Source of the DNA: Campylobacterota bacterium
Lineage (GTDB): Bacteria > Campylobacterota > Campylobacteria > Campylobacterales > Arcobacteraceae
Assembly (NCBI GenBank): GCA_051746405.1
Contig: JBNJFB010000003.1
Span: 12,950-76,949, forward strand
Reading direction: 5' to 3'
DNA: 64,000 bases
The notes under the pieces were generated by a model that saw only the letters and a program-made list of their open reading frames with translations, did no database searches and was not told where the DNA came from. Shown one piece after another: positions 1 through 10,641 of this stretch. The position numbers were made by a program, and so were the translations under genes. The first letter of the stretch is position 1. Each line of letters begins with the position of its first letter.

Positions 1-2
1 TT

Positions 3-917
3 GAAAGGACAATACAGAGTTTTAAAAGATTTTATGAGTTTGAACCTGATATTGTAGTTTGTGATAATCATCCAAACTATGAAAGTACTAAGTGGGCAAA
101 AGATAATTATGCTGATAAACTAGTACAAGTTCAACACCACTATAGCCATATATTATCAACAATGGCAGAGTACAAACTAAATAAAAAAGTTTTAGGAATA
201 GCCTTCGATGGTACAGGCTTTGGTGATGATGGAAATATCTGGGGTGGTGAAGTTTTTATTTGTGACAAAAAATCATATAAAAGAGAGTATCACATAGAGT
301 ATTTTAAACTTCTAGGAGCACAAAAAGCAATAAAAGAGCCTAAAAGAGTAGCTTTATCTATGCTATTTGATATATATAGTAAGCAAGAGGTAAAGAGAAT
401 AAATGCAGAAGTTTTAAAAGCATTTGATGAAAAAGAGATTGAGTTATATTATACAATGCACCAAAAAGATTTAAATAGCATACTTACAAGCTCTATGGGA
501 AGAGTATTTGATGGGGTTGCAAGTTTAGCAAATATAGCTCATATACAAAGTTATGAAGGGCAAACAGGACTTTTATTAGAAGAGTATTATAATGAAAATA
601 TCAAAGAGTCTTATGGGTTTGAAATAGACAATGGTATTATAAATATAAAACAGATGATTAAGCAAATTATATATGATAATAATAAAGAGTTAATTGCAAC
701 AAAGTTTATAAATACAATAGTAAAGCTTATAGTAAAACTTTCAAAAAAACACGAAGAGTTACCTGTGATATTAAGTGGGGGAGTATTTCAAAACCAAACC
801 CTTTTAACTGTAGTATTAAAAGAGTTAAAAAATAAGAATATAGAAGTATACTTTTCAAAGCAGATACCTTTAAATGATGAGGGCATCTCTGTAGGGCAAG
901 CTTATCATACTTTATAA
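3..917 (+). CDS. hypF: Carbamoyltransferase HypF, 5'-partial
   Basis: The frame is open from position 3 (ERTIQSFKRFYEFEPDIVVCDNHPNY...VQHHYSHILSTM). HypF motifs: FDGTGFGDDGNIWGGE, TSSMGRVFD, LSGGVFQN, PLNDEGISVGQ. Confidence 0.95.
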   Translation, partial: ERTIQSFKRFYEFEPDIVVCDNHPNYESTKWAKDNYADKLVQVQHHYSHILSTMAEYKLNKKVLGIAFDGTGFGDDGNIWGGEVFICDKKSYKREYHIEYFKLLGAQKAIKEPKRVALSMLFDIYSKQEVKRINAEVLKAFDEKEIELYYTMHQKDLNSILTSSMGRVFDGVASLANIAHIQSYEGQTGLLLEEYYNENIKESYGFEIDNGIINIKQMIKQIIYDNNKELIATKFINTIVKLIVKLSKKHEELPVILSGGVFQNQTLLTVVLKELKNKNIEVYFSKQIPLNDEGISVGQAYHTL

Positions 918-965
918 GTTTAAATAGTAAAGTATGTTAAAATAGAGTAAAAACAAGGTGCATAA

Positions 966-1382
966 ATGATAAGAACAACACATGAAATATCAAATGAAGA
1001 TGGATATATTAAGTATAATTTATTTGAGATACACCCAGATTTAGAAGCTATAATAGCTGATGATCACTATACATACAATACAAATGAGTATAATAAACAA
1101 GAGTATTGTGAAAAAATGTATAAAGAAAACTTCTATGATAAATATGATAAAGATATTTATAAAGAGGCTTATGAAAAGTATATAAATAATGAAAAGTTTA
1201 AAGAAAAAGCTATGTTTGTTTATAGCATAATTGATTATGAAAAGTATAAGCAGTTTGTAGAGTTAAATGATACAATTGAAAATCCAAATGAGCTTACATT
1301 AACATATAGTATTTTAGATAGTAGTGGAGTTAGGGTACAGCTATATAAATTAACTATCTCTGATATTGCTTTTGTATTCTAG
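966..1382 (+). CDS. Hypothetical protein
   Basis: 138-aa ORF with an AAGG SD and an upstream TGTTAAAAT extended -10-like motif; no recognised domain. Confidence 0.75.
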   Translation: MIRTTHEISNEDGYIKYNLFEIHPDLEAIIADDHYTYNTNEYNKQEYCEKMYKENFYDKYDKDIYKEAYEKYINNEKFKEKAMFVYSIIDYEKYKQFVELNDTIENPNELTLTYSILDSSGVRVQLYKLTISDIAFVF

Positions 1383-1488
1383 GTATATAAATTAATTATA
1401 TAAAAATTTTATATAAGTTACAACATAGTTACATAAAAAATTAACTTACGTTTAGATAAAATTTTAAATATTTTATTTAAGGGGAATT

Positions 1489-2835
1489 ATGAGCTCTTCA
1501 AGATTTACAAGAATAGGTTTTATTCTTGCAGCAGTTGGTTCTGCTGTTGGATTAGGGAATGTATGGAAGTTTCCATACGTTACAGGTGAGTATGGGGGAG
1601 GTGCTTTTGTAATATTGTATCTTTTTACAGCACTATTTATAGGTGTATTTGTACTTATATCAGAGTTACTAATAGGTAAACTTGGAAGAAGTGATGCTGT
1701 TAGTATGTTTGAAAATTTAGCAACAAAACATAAAAATATATGGAAATATGCTGGATTTTTGGTAATAGTGCCATTGATTATTTTATCTTACTACTCTGTT
1801 GTTATTGGATGGATTTTTCATTATATAGTTTTATCATTTGAAAAACTACCATCAACTGTTAAAGAGTCAACTGATAACTTTATGACACTTCTACAAGCAG
1901 ATTATCAAACTCAAATATTTTATCATACTATAGTGTTTGTTTTAGTTACTGCTATTATTTTAAGGGGTGTTAAAAATGGGATTGAAAAGATAAATAAAAT
2001 ATTAATGCCTTTACTTGGTGTTATCTTAGCTATACTGTTTATTTATTCAATAAATGTGGATGCATTTGGTGATGCTGTTCATTTTATGTTTAATCCTGAC
2101 TTTTCAAAAATCACATCAACAGCTGTTATTGCAGCAATTGGACAGGCTTTTTATACACTATCTTTAGGTATGGCTATTATTATTACTTACGCAGCATCCC
2201 TACCAAAAGATTCAAATATAGCAAAATCTGCTATTACGATTTCTATTATTGATACTATGGTTGCAATTGTAGCTGGACTTATTATTTTTACACTTCTTTT
2301 TGATAAGGGTGCTGAATCAACAAAGGGTGCTGGATTAGTATTTATTTCTCTTCCATCAGTATTTTATGAGTTTGGTGAAATAGGGCAGTTTTTATCGATT
2401 CTATTTTTTATAGCAATTGCTTTTGCAGGTATTACATCAGCAATTTCAATGATGGAACCAGCCGTACACTACTTAATACAAAGATTTAAACTAACAAGAG
2501 CTAAAGCTGCATTGATTTGTAGTGTATTCTTTTATACTTTGGGTATGGTAACACTATTTTCAAATATAAGTGAATTTGCACCAGCTTTACAAGTTGGAGA
2601 TAAGAGTTTCTTTGATTGGGTTGATTTTGTATGTTTTACTGTACTTGTACCAATTGGTGGGATTTTAGTTGTTGTTTTTGTTGGTTACTATATGGATAAA
2701 GATGAGATTAAAAAAGAGCTAACTCCAATAATGGGAAAATTTTTAGTAAAAGTATGGTTTTTTATGGTAAGACTTGTAATTCCAATAGCACTAATAGCTG
2801 TTATTTTAAATGAAACGGGAATTTTTAAGTTTTAA
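1489..2835 (+). CDS. Sodium-dependent transporter, SNF/NSS family
   Basis: GSAVGLGNVWKFPY and GGGAF signatures; many transmembrane segments. Confidence 0.93.
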   Translation: MSSSRFTRIGFILAAVGSAVGLGNVWKFPYVTGEYGGGAFVILYLFTALFIGVFVLISELLIGKLGRSDAVSMFENLATKHKNIWKYAGFLVIVPLIILSYYSVVIGWIFHYIVLSFEKLPSTVKESTDNFMTLLQADYQTQIFYHTIVFVLVTAIILRGVKNGIEKINKILMPLLGVILAILFIYSINVDAFGDAVHFMFNPDFSKITSTAVIAAIGQAFYTLSLGMAIIITYAASLPKDSNIAKSAITISIIDTMVAIVAGLIIFTLLFDKGAESTKGAGLVFISLPSVFYEFGEIGQFLSILFFIAIAFAGITSAISMMEPAVHYLIQRFKLTRAKAALICSVFFYTLGMVTLFSNISEFAPALQVGDKSFFDWVDFVCFTVLVPIGGILVVVFVGYYMDKDEIKKELTPIMGKFLVKVWFFMVRLVIPIALIAVILNETGIFKF

Positions 2836-2852
2836 ACTGTAGAGTTTAATAG

Positions 2853-2882
2853 ATATAAAAAGAGTTTTAACTCTTTTTATAT
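2853..2882. terminator. Bidirectional terminator-like hairpin
   Basis: ATATAAAAAGAGTT-TT-AACTCTTTTTATAT between convergent genes. Confidence 0.65.
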
Positions 2883-3176
2883 ATCAGCTGGCTGTTGCTT
2901 TAAAGATTTATCAATTAAAATAAATCCAAAAGGTATTAGCGAGTAGATAAAATATTTAGTTGAAAGCTTCAAGCTCCAGTTACATCTTTTGAAAGCTTCA
3001 AATAAAAAAATACAAAACAGTATAAATAAAACACCATGTCCCATACCTACTATTTTAACAGGATATGGATTTTCACCTATATATTTTATTGGCATTGCAA
3101 TAAAAACTAAAATTAAATATGATAATCCCTCTAAAAGTGATATAATTCTAAACCTAATGTATGAACTTTTTAACAT
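2877..3176 (-). CDS. DUF3817-family membrane protein
   Basis: FRIISLLEGLSYLILVFIAMPIKY...GMGHGVLF...SLIPFG pattern. Confidence 0.85.
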   Translation of the reverse strand: MLKSSYIRFRIISLLEGLSYLILVFIAMPIKYIGENPYPVKIVGMGHGVLFILFCIFLFEAFKRCNWSLKLSTKYFIYSLIPFGFILIDKSLKQQPADI

Positions 3177-3368
3177 TCTTGTCCTTTAAAATTGATTTTG
3201 AAATTATATGCTAGAATTGTTTACAGAAAGTTAATAAAAATATTAAGTAAGAACTTTAATAGAGGTTTAATATGAATACAAATAAGATAATTTTTGCTTT
3301 ATTGGTTTTATATATATTAGCAGATGTGGTACATACATACTTTTTTTAAAATAACATATAGGATTTAA

Positions 3369-4193
3369 ATGAGAAAAGAAGAGATTGAAACAATAATAGA
3401 GAATGAAACCTTAGAGAGTTTAGATATTGATACTATAAATATTTTTGCATATGATAAAAAAGAGTTAAAAAAGTATATCAAAACTTCAAAAACTCCTTAT
3501 TCAAATATCTTAACAGTCTTAATTCATTCACAACTATCTGAAACTACAGCAAAGCATGTTTGGAAAGATATAGTAAAGCACTTAAAAAAATTAGAAAAAC
3601 AGCTTCATAGAAAAGTTGGCATAATAGTAGCAACAGTAGATTACATGCATAATATTAAAAAAACAAAATCAAAACTAAAAATAATTTCAGAGGATAATTT
3701 TGATTCAATATCTGAAATAGCAACAAAAGATGAGTTAACAAAACTATATGACAGGGATGTATTAGAAATATTTTTAGAAAAGGTTAATGAAAAAGCCATA
3801 AGAGAGAAATCAAATTATTCATTTATGATGTTTGATATTGATGATTTTAAAGTAGTAAATGATACACACGGTCATCAAAAAGGAGATGAAGTACTAGCAA
3901 AGATAAGTGATATCTTAACTTCAAATATAAGAAAAATGGATATAGCCTTTAGATATGGAGGAGAAGAGTTATGTGCTATTTTCCCAGATGCTAATAAAGA
4001 CCAAGCTTATGAAATAGCAGAAAAAATAAGAAAAAAAATCCAAGAAGAGTATGAAAATAGTTTAAAAACTACTGTGAGTGTTGGAGTTTGTGATAATAGT
4101 GAGTCAAATGACACTCAAGATATTATTAAAAAAGCAGATGAGCTTCTATATGAAGCAAAAGAGTCAGGAAAGAATAAAACAATAAAAAATTAA
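3369..4193 (+). CDS. Diguanylate cyclase (GGDEF domain)
   Basis: DELTKLYDR, DIDDFKVVNDTHGHQKGD, RYGGEEL active site, RKMD I-site. Confidence 0.9.
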   Translation: MRKEEIETIIENETLESLDIDTINIFAYDKKELKKYIKTSKTPYSNILTVLIHSQLSETTAKHVWKDIVKHLKKLEKQLHRKVGIIVATVDYMHNIKKTKSKLKIISEDNFDSISEIATKDELTKLYDRDVLEIFLEKVNEKAIREKSNYSFMMFDIDDFKVVNDTHGHQKGDEVLAKISDILTSNIRKMDIAFRYGGEELCAIFPDANKDQAYEIAEKIRKKIQEEYENSLKTTVSVGVCDNSESNDTQDIIKKADELLYEAKESGKNKTIKN

Positions 4194-4203
4194 AGATAAA
4201 TCA

Positions 4204-5196
4204 ATGATAAAAACAAATAAATATACATTTACAAAATTTTCTATTCCTAATCAAAAGAATCTATATCACCACAAAGAGAAACTTCTTGATTTTGGGCTCT
4301 ATTTTAATTCTAAGAATCAAGAGTATATAAATAGATATGAGCTATCAATTACAACTCGAAGTGAACTTCTTGAGTATATAAATAACAATGAATTAATATT
4401 TAAACAAGAGGATATACACCTAGATGATATTGAAAGTAAAATTGCTAGTTTATATACAATATCCCCAATAGATAAAAATACTTTTGCAATTAAAAATAGA
4501 AGAAATGATAAAAAAGTAATAATAATAGCTATATATGAATCAATGGAAACAAATATAATTAATATCTTAGATGTTGTTCATGGAGAGTATTTCAAAATAA
4601 AAAAAAGTGTTTCAAAAAATAGTAGTAATTATCTACTTGAAGTATTTAAAATTCTAAATGATAATGCAGAAAAATATAAAAAAGATTTTCCAGCTTTTGA
4701 TATACCAAATCTTCTACAAATACTTGGTATTTTATTAGTTGATTATGATAAAGATTATAGTCATCAAGCGATGGTTAAGAAGTTTAAGTTTGCTACAATA
4801 AATAAAATAGGTAAAAAAAATCAAAAAGTTTTTTTATGCAACTGTGTAAAAGGATTTTTTTGTGAAACAAACTTCTATTTACTTAATGAAAAAATAATAA
4901 GTGACTTTAGTAATAATCCTATTAACTACTCTCAAGAGATGAAAGTTTGGAAATATTTATACTCAAATAAACAATATGTAGCTAAAAGAAAAGAACCAAA
5001 TCTTTATGAGTTGTTTGTAAATCAAAAAATACCATTAATCTTCCCTGATGGCTATGAAACTAAAGTGCTAATAAAAAGTGTAAAAAATAGAAATAATGGC
5101 ATTGAGGTGACAGTTTTTGATGGAGTAAAAAATCAAAAAATTAATAGACTCTTTTCAAAAGATGAACTTCTTGATAAGATTAAAGCTGCAAGGTAA
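4204..5196 (+). CDS. Hypothetical protein
   Basis: 330-aa ORF 10 bp after the GGDEF gene; no recognised motif. Confidence 0.75.
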   Translation: MIKTNKYTFTKFSIPNQKNLYHHKEKLLDFGLYFNSKNQEYINRYELSITTRSELLEYINNNELIFKQEDIHLDDIESKIASLYTISPIDKNTFAIKNRRNDKKVIIIAIYESMETNIINILDVVHGEYFKIKKSVSKNSSNYLLEVFKILNDNAEKYKKDFPAFDIPNLLQILGILLVDYDKDYSHQAMVKKFKFATINKIGKKNQKVFLCNCVKGFFCETNFYLLNEKIISDFSNNPINYSQEMKVWKYLYSNKQYVAKRKEPNLYELFVNQKIPLIFPDGYETKVLIKSVKNRNNGIEVTVFDGVKNQKINRLFSKDELLDKIKAAR

Positions 5197-5219
5197 AAAA
5201 GAAGCGTTATGCTTCTTTT
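5197..5219. terminator. Terminator-like hairpin between convergent genes
   Basis: AAAAGAAGC-GTTAT-GCTTCTTTT. Confidence 0.6.
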
Positions 5220-7063
5220 ACTGATATCTCCTTGGCTTTTACTTTATCTTTGCCAATAAACTCTTTATCATTTGTATTTGAAATAACAAGTTTAGCGATT
5301 TTATCTGTTTGAACTGCTATATTATATGTTTGACTTGCTATCATTGCATTTTGTTGGGTTTGTCTATCTAGTGAGTTAACAGCATCATTTATTTGCTCAA
5401 TTCCTGATACTTGCTCTTTACTTGATGACTCCACATCTTTTATGATACTAGTAGTTTTTGAGATATCTGAACTTAATGTTTTATAGCCTTGTATCATATC
5501 TTGTGATATTTTTCTACCTTTATCTGCTTTTTTTGTAGCACTTTCAACTAATGTTTTTATCTCATTTGCAGCTTCTGCACTTCTATTTGCAAGGTTTCTA
5601 ACTTCACCTGCAACCACTGCAAAACCTTTTCCAGCTTCACCTGCTGTTGCTGCTTCTACTGCTGCGTTTAGACTTAAGATATTTGTTTGGAATGCAATAT
5701 TATCAATAACAGTTATTGCTTCATTTATTGAGTTTACTTCATTATCTATTTCATTCATTGCATCTGTTGTTTCATTTGCTAATGTTTGACCTTTTGAAAC
5801 TGAGCTAGTAACACTTGTAGCAAGGGTTGACATTTGGACAATATTGTTTGTATTACTTGATATATTACTTGTTATTTGCTCTATTGCAGCTGCTGTCTCT
5901 TCTAGTGAAGCTGCTGCTTCATTTGAGTTTTTATTTAATGTATCCACATTTTTAAGTAGTATTTCACTACTTTCACCTAATGTTAAACCATTTGATTTAT
6001 TCTCTACTAACATCTCATTTATAATATCAGCTAGATTATTTAGTCCTACAGTTACATCACTATTGCACCCTTTTATTCTATGGGTGAAATCTAGCTTGGC
6101 ATACTTTTTTAGTGCATAAGATATGTCATTTACATTTGTACAAACTCTAAGTTGAAGGCTTTGTAACATATCATTTATCTGTTTTCTTAGCTGTTCTAGG
6201 TTTTGTGTTTGTGTTTCATTTTCTAATCTTTTATTTAAGAAACCATCTTTTATTGTATCAACTATAGCTGTTATCTCTTCTAAGAACTTATTGTCTGATT
6301 CAATTGTCTCTTTTGATTTTATAATATTTTTATTTATTGTTTTTGTCATTTCACCAAACTCATCATCTGATGATTCATCTAAAAGCTTCACATCATCTGT
6401 CTCTTTATTGATGTATGCAAAGAATTTTAATAAACCTTTTTGGAACTCTTTAATCTCTTTTATTAGTTCATTTGAAATAAGTTGAGATACAATAATGAAT
6501 AGAATTATAGATATGATAATAATTGCAAGTAGAGCATTTTGCATATTATTTTTGGCTTCTTGTTTTAGTACAGTTGCATTTTTATTGATTTGTGCAAGCT
6601 CTTTTTCTAAAGATAAACCTATATTAACCATCTGTTTTATTATGGCTAAAGTCTCATGACCCTCTTGAAAAATGCCATTGTTATGCTCTTTTATTTTTTT
6701 AAGATAAAATTTATCAAAATTCTCTATATATTTATTAGATAATTTTAATATATCTTTTGTAAGTTTAATATTCTGTTTTTTATCTAGTAGTGGTTGTAAC
6801 TGTCTTACTGAATTATCAAGCTCTTTAAAGCTTTCTCTAACTTTTTGAGCAGTTTGTTCATTTGGTGTTCTTAAAAACTGATAGACTGTTATTCTTCCTT
6901 TTAAAACCTTTTGGATGAATATATTTGTTTGTACTGCTACATCTGATCTTTTTTGTGAAGTAGAGTTGAAGTAGTTGTATATAAATATGGAAATAATAAC
7001 CATAATTAAGAAAAATACAGGTAGTACAAGCAGCTTCTTTCTTGTTGACATATCTTTAAGCAT
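5207..7063 (-). CDS. Methyl-accepting chemotaxis protein
   Basis: Two TM helices around a periplasmic domain; signalling hairpin [37 protein letters not shown]. Confidence 0.96.
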   Translation of the reverse strand: MLKDMSTRKKLLVLPVFFLIMVIISIFIYNYFNSTSQKRSDVAVQTNIFIQKVLKGRITVYQFLRTPNEQTAQKVRESFKELDNSVRQLQPLLDKKQNIKLTKDILKLSNKYIENFDKFYLKKIKEHNNGIFQEGHETLAIIKQMVNIGLSLEKELAQINKNATVLKQEAKNNMQNALLAIIIISIILFIIVSQLISNELIKEIKEFQKGLLKFFAYINKETDDVKLLDESSDDEFGEMTKTINKNIIKSKETIESDNKFLEEITAIVDTIKDGFLNKRLENETQTQNLEQLRKQINDMLQSLQLRVCTNVNDISYALKKYAKLDFTHRIKGCNSDVTVGLNNLADIINEMLVENKSNGLTLGESSEILLKNVDTLNKNSNEAAASLEETAAAIEQITSNISSNTNNIVQMSTLATSVTSSVSKGQTLANETTDAMNEIDNEVNSINEAITVIDNIAFQTNILSLNAAVEAATAGEAGKGFAVVAGEVRNLANRSAEAANEIKTLVESATKKADKGRKISQDMIQGYKTLSSDISKTTSIIKDVESSSKEQVSGIEQINDAVNSLDRQTQQNAMIASQTYNIAVQTDKIAKLVISNTNDKEFIGKDKVKAKEISVKEA

Positions 7064-7095
7064 AATAACCCCTTAGTTAAATATTTTACAAGATT

Positions 7096-7120
7096 ATTAT
7101 AGTGTCACAAAAATGACACT
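7096..7120 (-). promoter_or_regulatory. MCP -10 box with an adjacent palindromic operator
   Basis: TATAAT on the minus strand at 7096-7101; AGTGTCA-N6-TGACACT at 7101-7120. Confidence 0.5.
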
Positions 7121-7351
7121 TAAAAAGACATATTTTATATACAAAGTAATAAAAAAGTATCTGAAATGTTACTTTTATACATACATATATAATTTTTTAT
7201 TTTAATTAATATAAGTAAAGCTTTTGGTGTATATTGTAAATGGTTCCAAAATTATATAAGTTTTTTAAAAAATTAGATTAGTTTTAGTTGATTTAAGATA
7301 AACTTTTTAAAATGAACATTTATTCATAAAATAGACTTAAAAGGAAGAAAT

Positions 7352-8140
7352 ATGTGCAAAGATTGCGGATGTTCAATTACAGACCACCACCATCATCATG
7401 ACCATGAACATACACAAAAACACTCTGGAGAAAATAGCCAGAGTCATCAAGCAGCCCATGAAACGCTTCATCATAATCCACAGTTAAATGATAGCAAAAC
7501 AGTATCAGTAATAAAAAAGATTTTAGATAAAAATGACCATGAAGCAGCTCATAATAGAGCACATTTTGATAAAAATGGTGTTTTAGGAATAAATCTTATG
7601 AGTAGTCCTGGAAGTGGTAAAACTACGCTTTTAGAACATCTTGTTGATTTGGTTGATTTTAAATATGGAGTAGTTGAGGGTGATCTTGAGACAAATAGAG
7701 ATGCTAATAGATTAAAAGCAAAAAATATTAAAGCTGTTCAAATACAAACAGGAAGTGCCTGTCACTTAGATGCTTTTATGGTACATAAAGGTTTGCATGA
7801 TATGCCTTTAAACCAGCTTGATGTATGCTTTGTAGAGAATGTTGGAAACTTAGTTTGTCCAGCTTCTTATGATGTGGGAACTCACTTAAATATTGTATTA
7901 GTTAGTATTCCAGAGGGTGAAGATAAAATAGAGAAGTATCCTGTGATGTTTAGAACAGCTGATTTGATTTTAATAACAAAAACAGATTTACTACCTTACT
8001 TTGAGTATGATATCAAAAAAGAGAAAGAGGCTGCAAGAAAATTAAAACCAAATGTGGATATTTTAGAAGTAAATATAAAAGATAAAAACTCAATTCAAAA
8101 AGTTGCAAATTGGATAGAGTTTAAAAGGAGAATGAGATAA
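7352..8140 (+). CDS. hypB: Hydrogenase nickel incorporation GTPase HypB
   Basis: N-terminal CKDCGC plus His-rich tract, SSPGSGKT P-loop, CHLDA, ENVGNLVCPA. Confidence 0.97.
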   Translation: MCKDCGCSITDHHHHHDHEHTQKHSGENSQSHQAAHETLHHNPQLNDSKTVSVIKKILDKNDHEAAHNRAHFDKNGVLGINLMSSPGSGKTTLLEHLVDLVDFKYGVVEGDLETNRDANRLKAKNIKAVQIQTGSACHLDAFMVHKGLHDMPLNQLDVCFVENVGNLVCPASYDVGTHLNIVLVSIPEGEDKIEKYPVMFRTADLILITKTDLLPYFEYDIKKEKEAARKLKPNVDILEVNIKDKNSIQKVANWIEFKRRMR

Positions 8141-8421
8141 TGTGCCTATCAATTCCTTCAAAAATAGAAAAAATAGATGAAGATATGAATAGTTGTGTAG
8201 TGGATACTATGGGGGTGAAAAGAAGTGCTTCTTTGGATTTAATAGACCAAGAGGTAAAAGTGGGTGATTATGTACTTTTACATATAGGTTTTGCTATGAA
8301 TAAAATAGATGAAGAAGATGCTTTAGAGTCCTTGAAAATATATCAAGAAATAATTGATAAAATGGAACAAGAGGATAAACTAGCAGCCATTGCTGAGTCT
8401 GAAAATTGTCCTAGCAGGTAG
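8140..8421 (+). CDS. hypC: Hydrogenase chaperone HypC
   Basis: MCLSIP N-terminus and VGDYVLLHIGFAM. Confidence 0.96.
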   Translation: MCLSIPSKIEKIDEDMNSCVVDTMGVKRSASLDLIDQEVKVGDYVLLHIGFAMNKIDEEDALESLKIYQEIIDKMEQEDKLAAIAESENCPSR

Positions 8422-8425
8422 TATT

Positions 8426-9553
8426 ATGGAAAAAGAGTTAAAACTAAATGACTTATACGATGGGTTTAGAAATCCAGATGCGATGAGAGCTTATTCAAAA
8501 CTAATATATGAGGACTCATTAAAACTAAGTAAAAATATAAATATTATGGAGGTTTGTGGAGGGCATACTCATACTATTATGAAGTACGGAATTTCTCAAC
8601 TTCTTCCCTCAAATATAAACTTTATTCACGGACCTGGATGTCCTGTATGCGTTATGCCAAAAGAGAGAATTGATAGTGCTTATGTTTTAGCAATGCAAGA
8701 AGAGGTTATATTAGTAACCTTAGGTGATATGATTAAAGTTCCAGGTAGTAATGGAAGTTTGCAAGATGCAAGAAGTAAGGGTGCTGATGTTAGATTTGTT
8801 TACTCTCCTATGGATTGTATTAAAATAGCAAATGAAAATCCTTTAAAAACAGTAGTGTTTTTTGCAATAGGCTTTGAGACAACAACTCCAATGACATGCT
8901 CACTATTAAAAACAGTTATCCAAAAAGATATAAAAAACCTCTATTTTCATGTGAATCATGTGACAGTTCCTGAAGTAATGGAGGTTTTAGTTAAAAGCAA
9001 GGATTGTAATATTGATGCTTTTTTAGGCCCTTCACATGTTTCAGTAATAAGTGGTTCAAAAATATATGAAACTTTTCCTAAGAACTATAATAAGCCTGTT
9101 GTAGTAAGTGGGTTTGAGCCTGTTGATGTAATGCAGTCTATTCATATGTTAATAAGACAGTTTGTGCAAAGCAGAAGTGATTTAGAAGTAGAGTATAAAA
9201 GACTTGTATCTTATGAGGGGAATATAAAAGCTCAAGAGATGATAGAAAACTATTTGCAAAAGGTTTCATTTAAATTTAGAGGCGTTGGGGAAGTTCCTTT
9301 AAGTGGTTATGATTTAAAAGATGAATTTGATAAGTACAATGCAAAAGTAATATATGAAAAAATCCTACCAAAAGAGTCACCAAAAGAGAATAAAGCTTGT
9401 AAATGTCCTGATATTTTAAAAGGTGTGGCTAAACCAACTGATTGTAAGATTTTTGGAAATGTATGTACTCCTACAAATCCAGTTGGGTCTTGTATGGTAA
9501 GTAGTGAGGGTGCATGTGCAGCTTACTATAAATATGGTAATCTTTTAAGCTAG
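8426..9553 (+). CDS. hypD: Hydrogenase formation protein HypD
   Basis: MEVCGGHTH, GPGCPVCV, GFETT, CMVSSEGACAAYY. Start moved to the ATG at 8426, after the hypC stop. Confidence 0.97.
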   Translation: MEKELKLNDLYDGFRNPDAMRAYSKLIYEDSLKLSKNINIMEVCGGHTHTIMKYGISQLLPSNINFIHGPGCPVCVMPKERIDSAYVLAMQEEVILVTLGDMIKVPGSNGSLQDARSKGADVRFVYSPMDCIKIANENPLKTVVFFAIGFETTTPMTCSLLKTVIQKDIKNLYFHVNHVTVPEVMEVLVKSKDCNIDAFLGPSHVSVISGSKIYETFPKNYNKPVVVSGFEPVDVMQSIHMLIRQFVQSRSDLEVEYKRLVSYEGNIKAQEMIENYLQKVSFKFRGVGEVPLSGYDLKDEFDKYNAKVIYEKILPKESPKENKACKCPDILKGVAKPTDCKIFGNVCTPTNPVGSCMVSSEGACAAYYKYGNLLS

Positions 9554-9574
9554 TTAATAAAAAAGAGAGAAAAT

Positions 9575-10570
9575 ATGAAAAAAGTTACATTAGCTCAAGG
9601 AAATGGTGGAGCCGAAAATCAAGAGTTAATCTCAAAAGTTTTTTATAAAGCATTTGAAAATGAGATATTAACAAAAAGTGAAGATTCAGCTGTAATTGAA
9701 GATGGGAAATTAGCTTTTAGTACTGATTCATTTACAGTAAGCCCTATATTTTTCAATAATGCTAATATAGGTAAGCTATCTATTTGTGGTACTTGTAATG
9801 ATTTAGCAATGATGGGTGCAAAACCTAAATACTTAACTTGTTCAGTTATAATTGAAGAGGGGTTTGAAATTGACTCTTTAGAGAAAATTGTAGATAGTAT
9901 GAAAAAAGAGCTTGCTTTAAATAGTGCAATTGTTGTAAGTGGTGATACAAAAGTTGTACCAAAAGGTAGTGTTGATAAGATTTTTATAAATACCACAGGA
10001 ATAGGTGAAATAAAAAGAGGTGATATAAGTTCAAATAATATCTCACAAGATGATGTAATAATAGTAAGTCGTGATATCGGAGCTCATGGTGCAACAATAT
10101 TTGCTGCAAGAGAAGAGATGGATATCTCAACCTCTTTACAAAGTGATTGTGCAAGTTTATGGCCACAGGTTAAAGCATTAATTGATTCAGATATTAAAAT
10201 TACTGCATTAAGAGATGCAACAAGAGGTGGATTAAGTGCAGTATTAAATGAGTGGGCTGTTCAATCTGATATATGTATAGAGGTTCAAGAAAAAGATATT
10301 CCTATATCAAATGAAGTAAAGGGAATTTGTGAGCTTTTAGGTTTTGAAGCTATGAGTTTAGCAAATGAAGGAACTTTTGTATTAGCTGTAAAAAAAGAAG
10401 ATGCAAATAAAGCTATTAAGGTATTAAAGCAGTTTGAAAATAGTGCAAATGCATCTATTATTGCTGATGTTACAAAACAGTATGATAAGAAAGTTGTATT
10501 GTATAGCTCTTGGGGTACAAAAAGATTTTTAGAGTTACCAACGGGTGAATTACTACCTAGAATTTGTTAA
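9575..10570 (+). CDS. hypE: Hydrogenase maturation dehydratase HypE
   Basis: GTCNDLAMMGA, GDTKVV, RDATRGG, C-terminal LPRIC. Confidence 0.97.
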   Translation: MKKVTLAQGNGGAENQELISKVFYKAFENEILTKSEDSAVIEDGKLAFSTDSFTVSPIFFNNANIGKLSICGTCNDLAMMGAKPKYLTCSVIIEEGFEIDSLEKIVDSMKKELALNSAIVVSGDTKVVPKGSVDKIFINTTGIGEIKRGDISSNNISQDDVIIVSRDIGAHGATIFAAREEMDISTSLQSDCASLWPQVKALIDSDIKITALRDATRGGLSAVLNEWAVQSDICIEVQEKDIPISNEVKGICELLGFEAMSLANEGTFVLAVKKEDANKAIKVLKQFENSANASIIADVTKQYDKKVVLYSSWGTKRFLELPTGELLPRIC

Positions 10571-10603
10571 AACTAAGTGCATTTCTATGCACTCTTTAGT
10601 TTT
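10569..10603 (+). terminator. Hairpin with T tract between hypE and hypA
   Basis: AAAACTAA-GTGCAT-TTCT-ATGCAC-TCT-TTAGTTTT. Confidence 0.45.
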
Positions 10604-10641
10604 TTGCTTCTTTTAACAGAATTTATTAGTAGGAGATATTA

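Noticed and set aside
7120..7350. NikR operator upstream of hypB
   Set aside because: The consensus is too degenerate to call in DNA this AT-rich.
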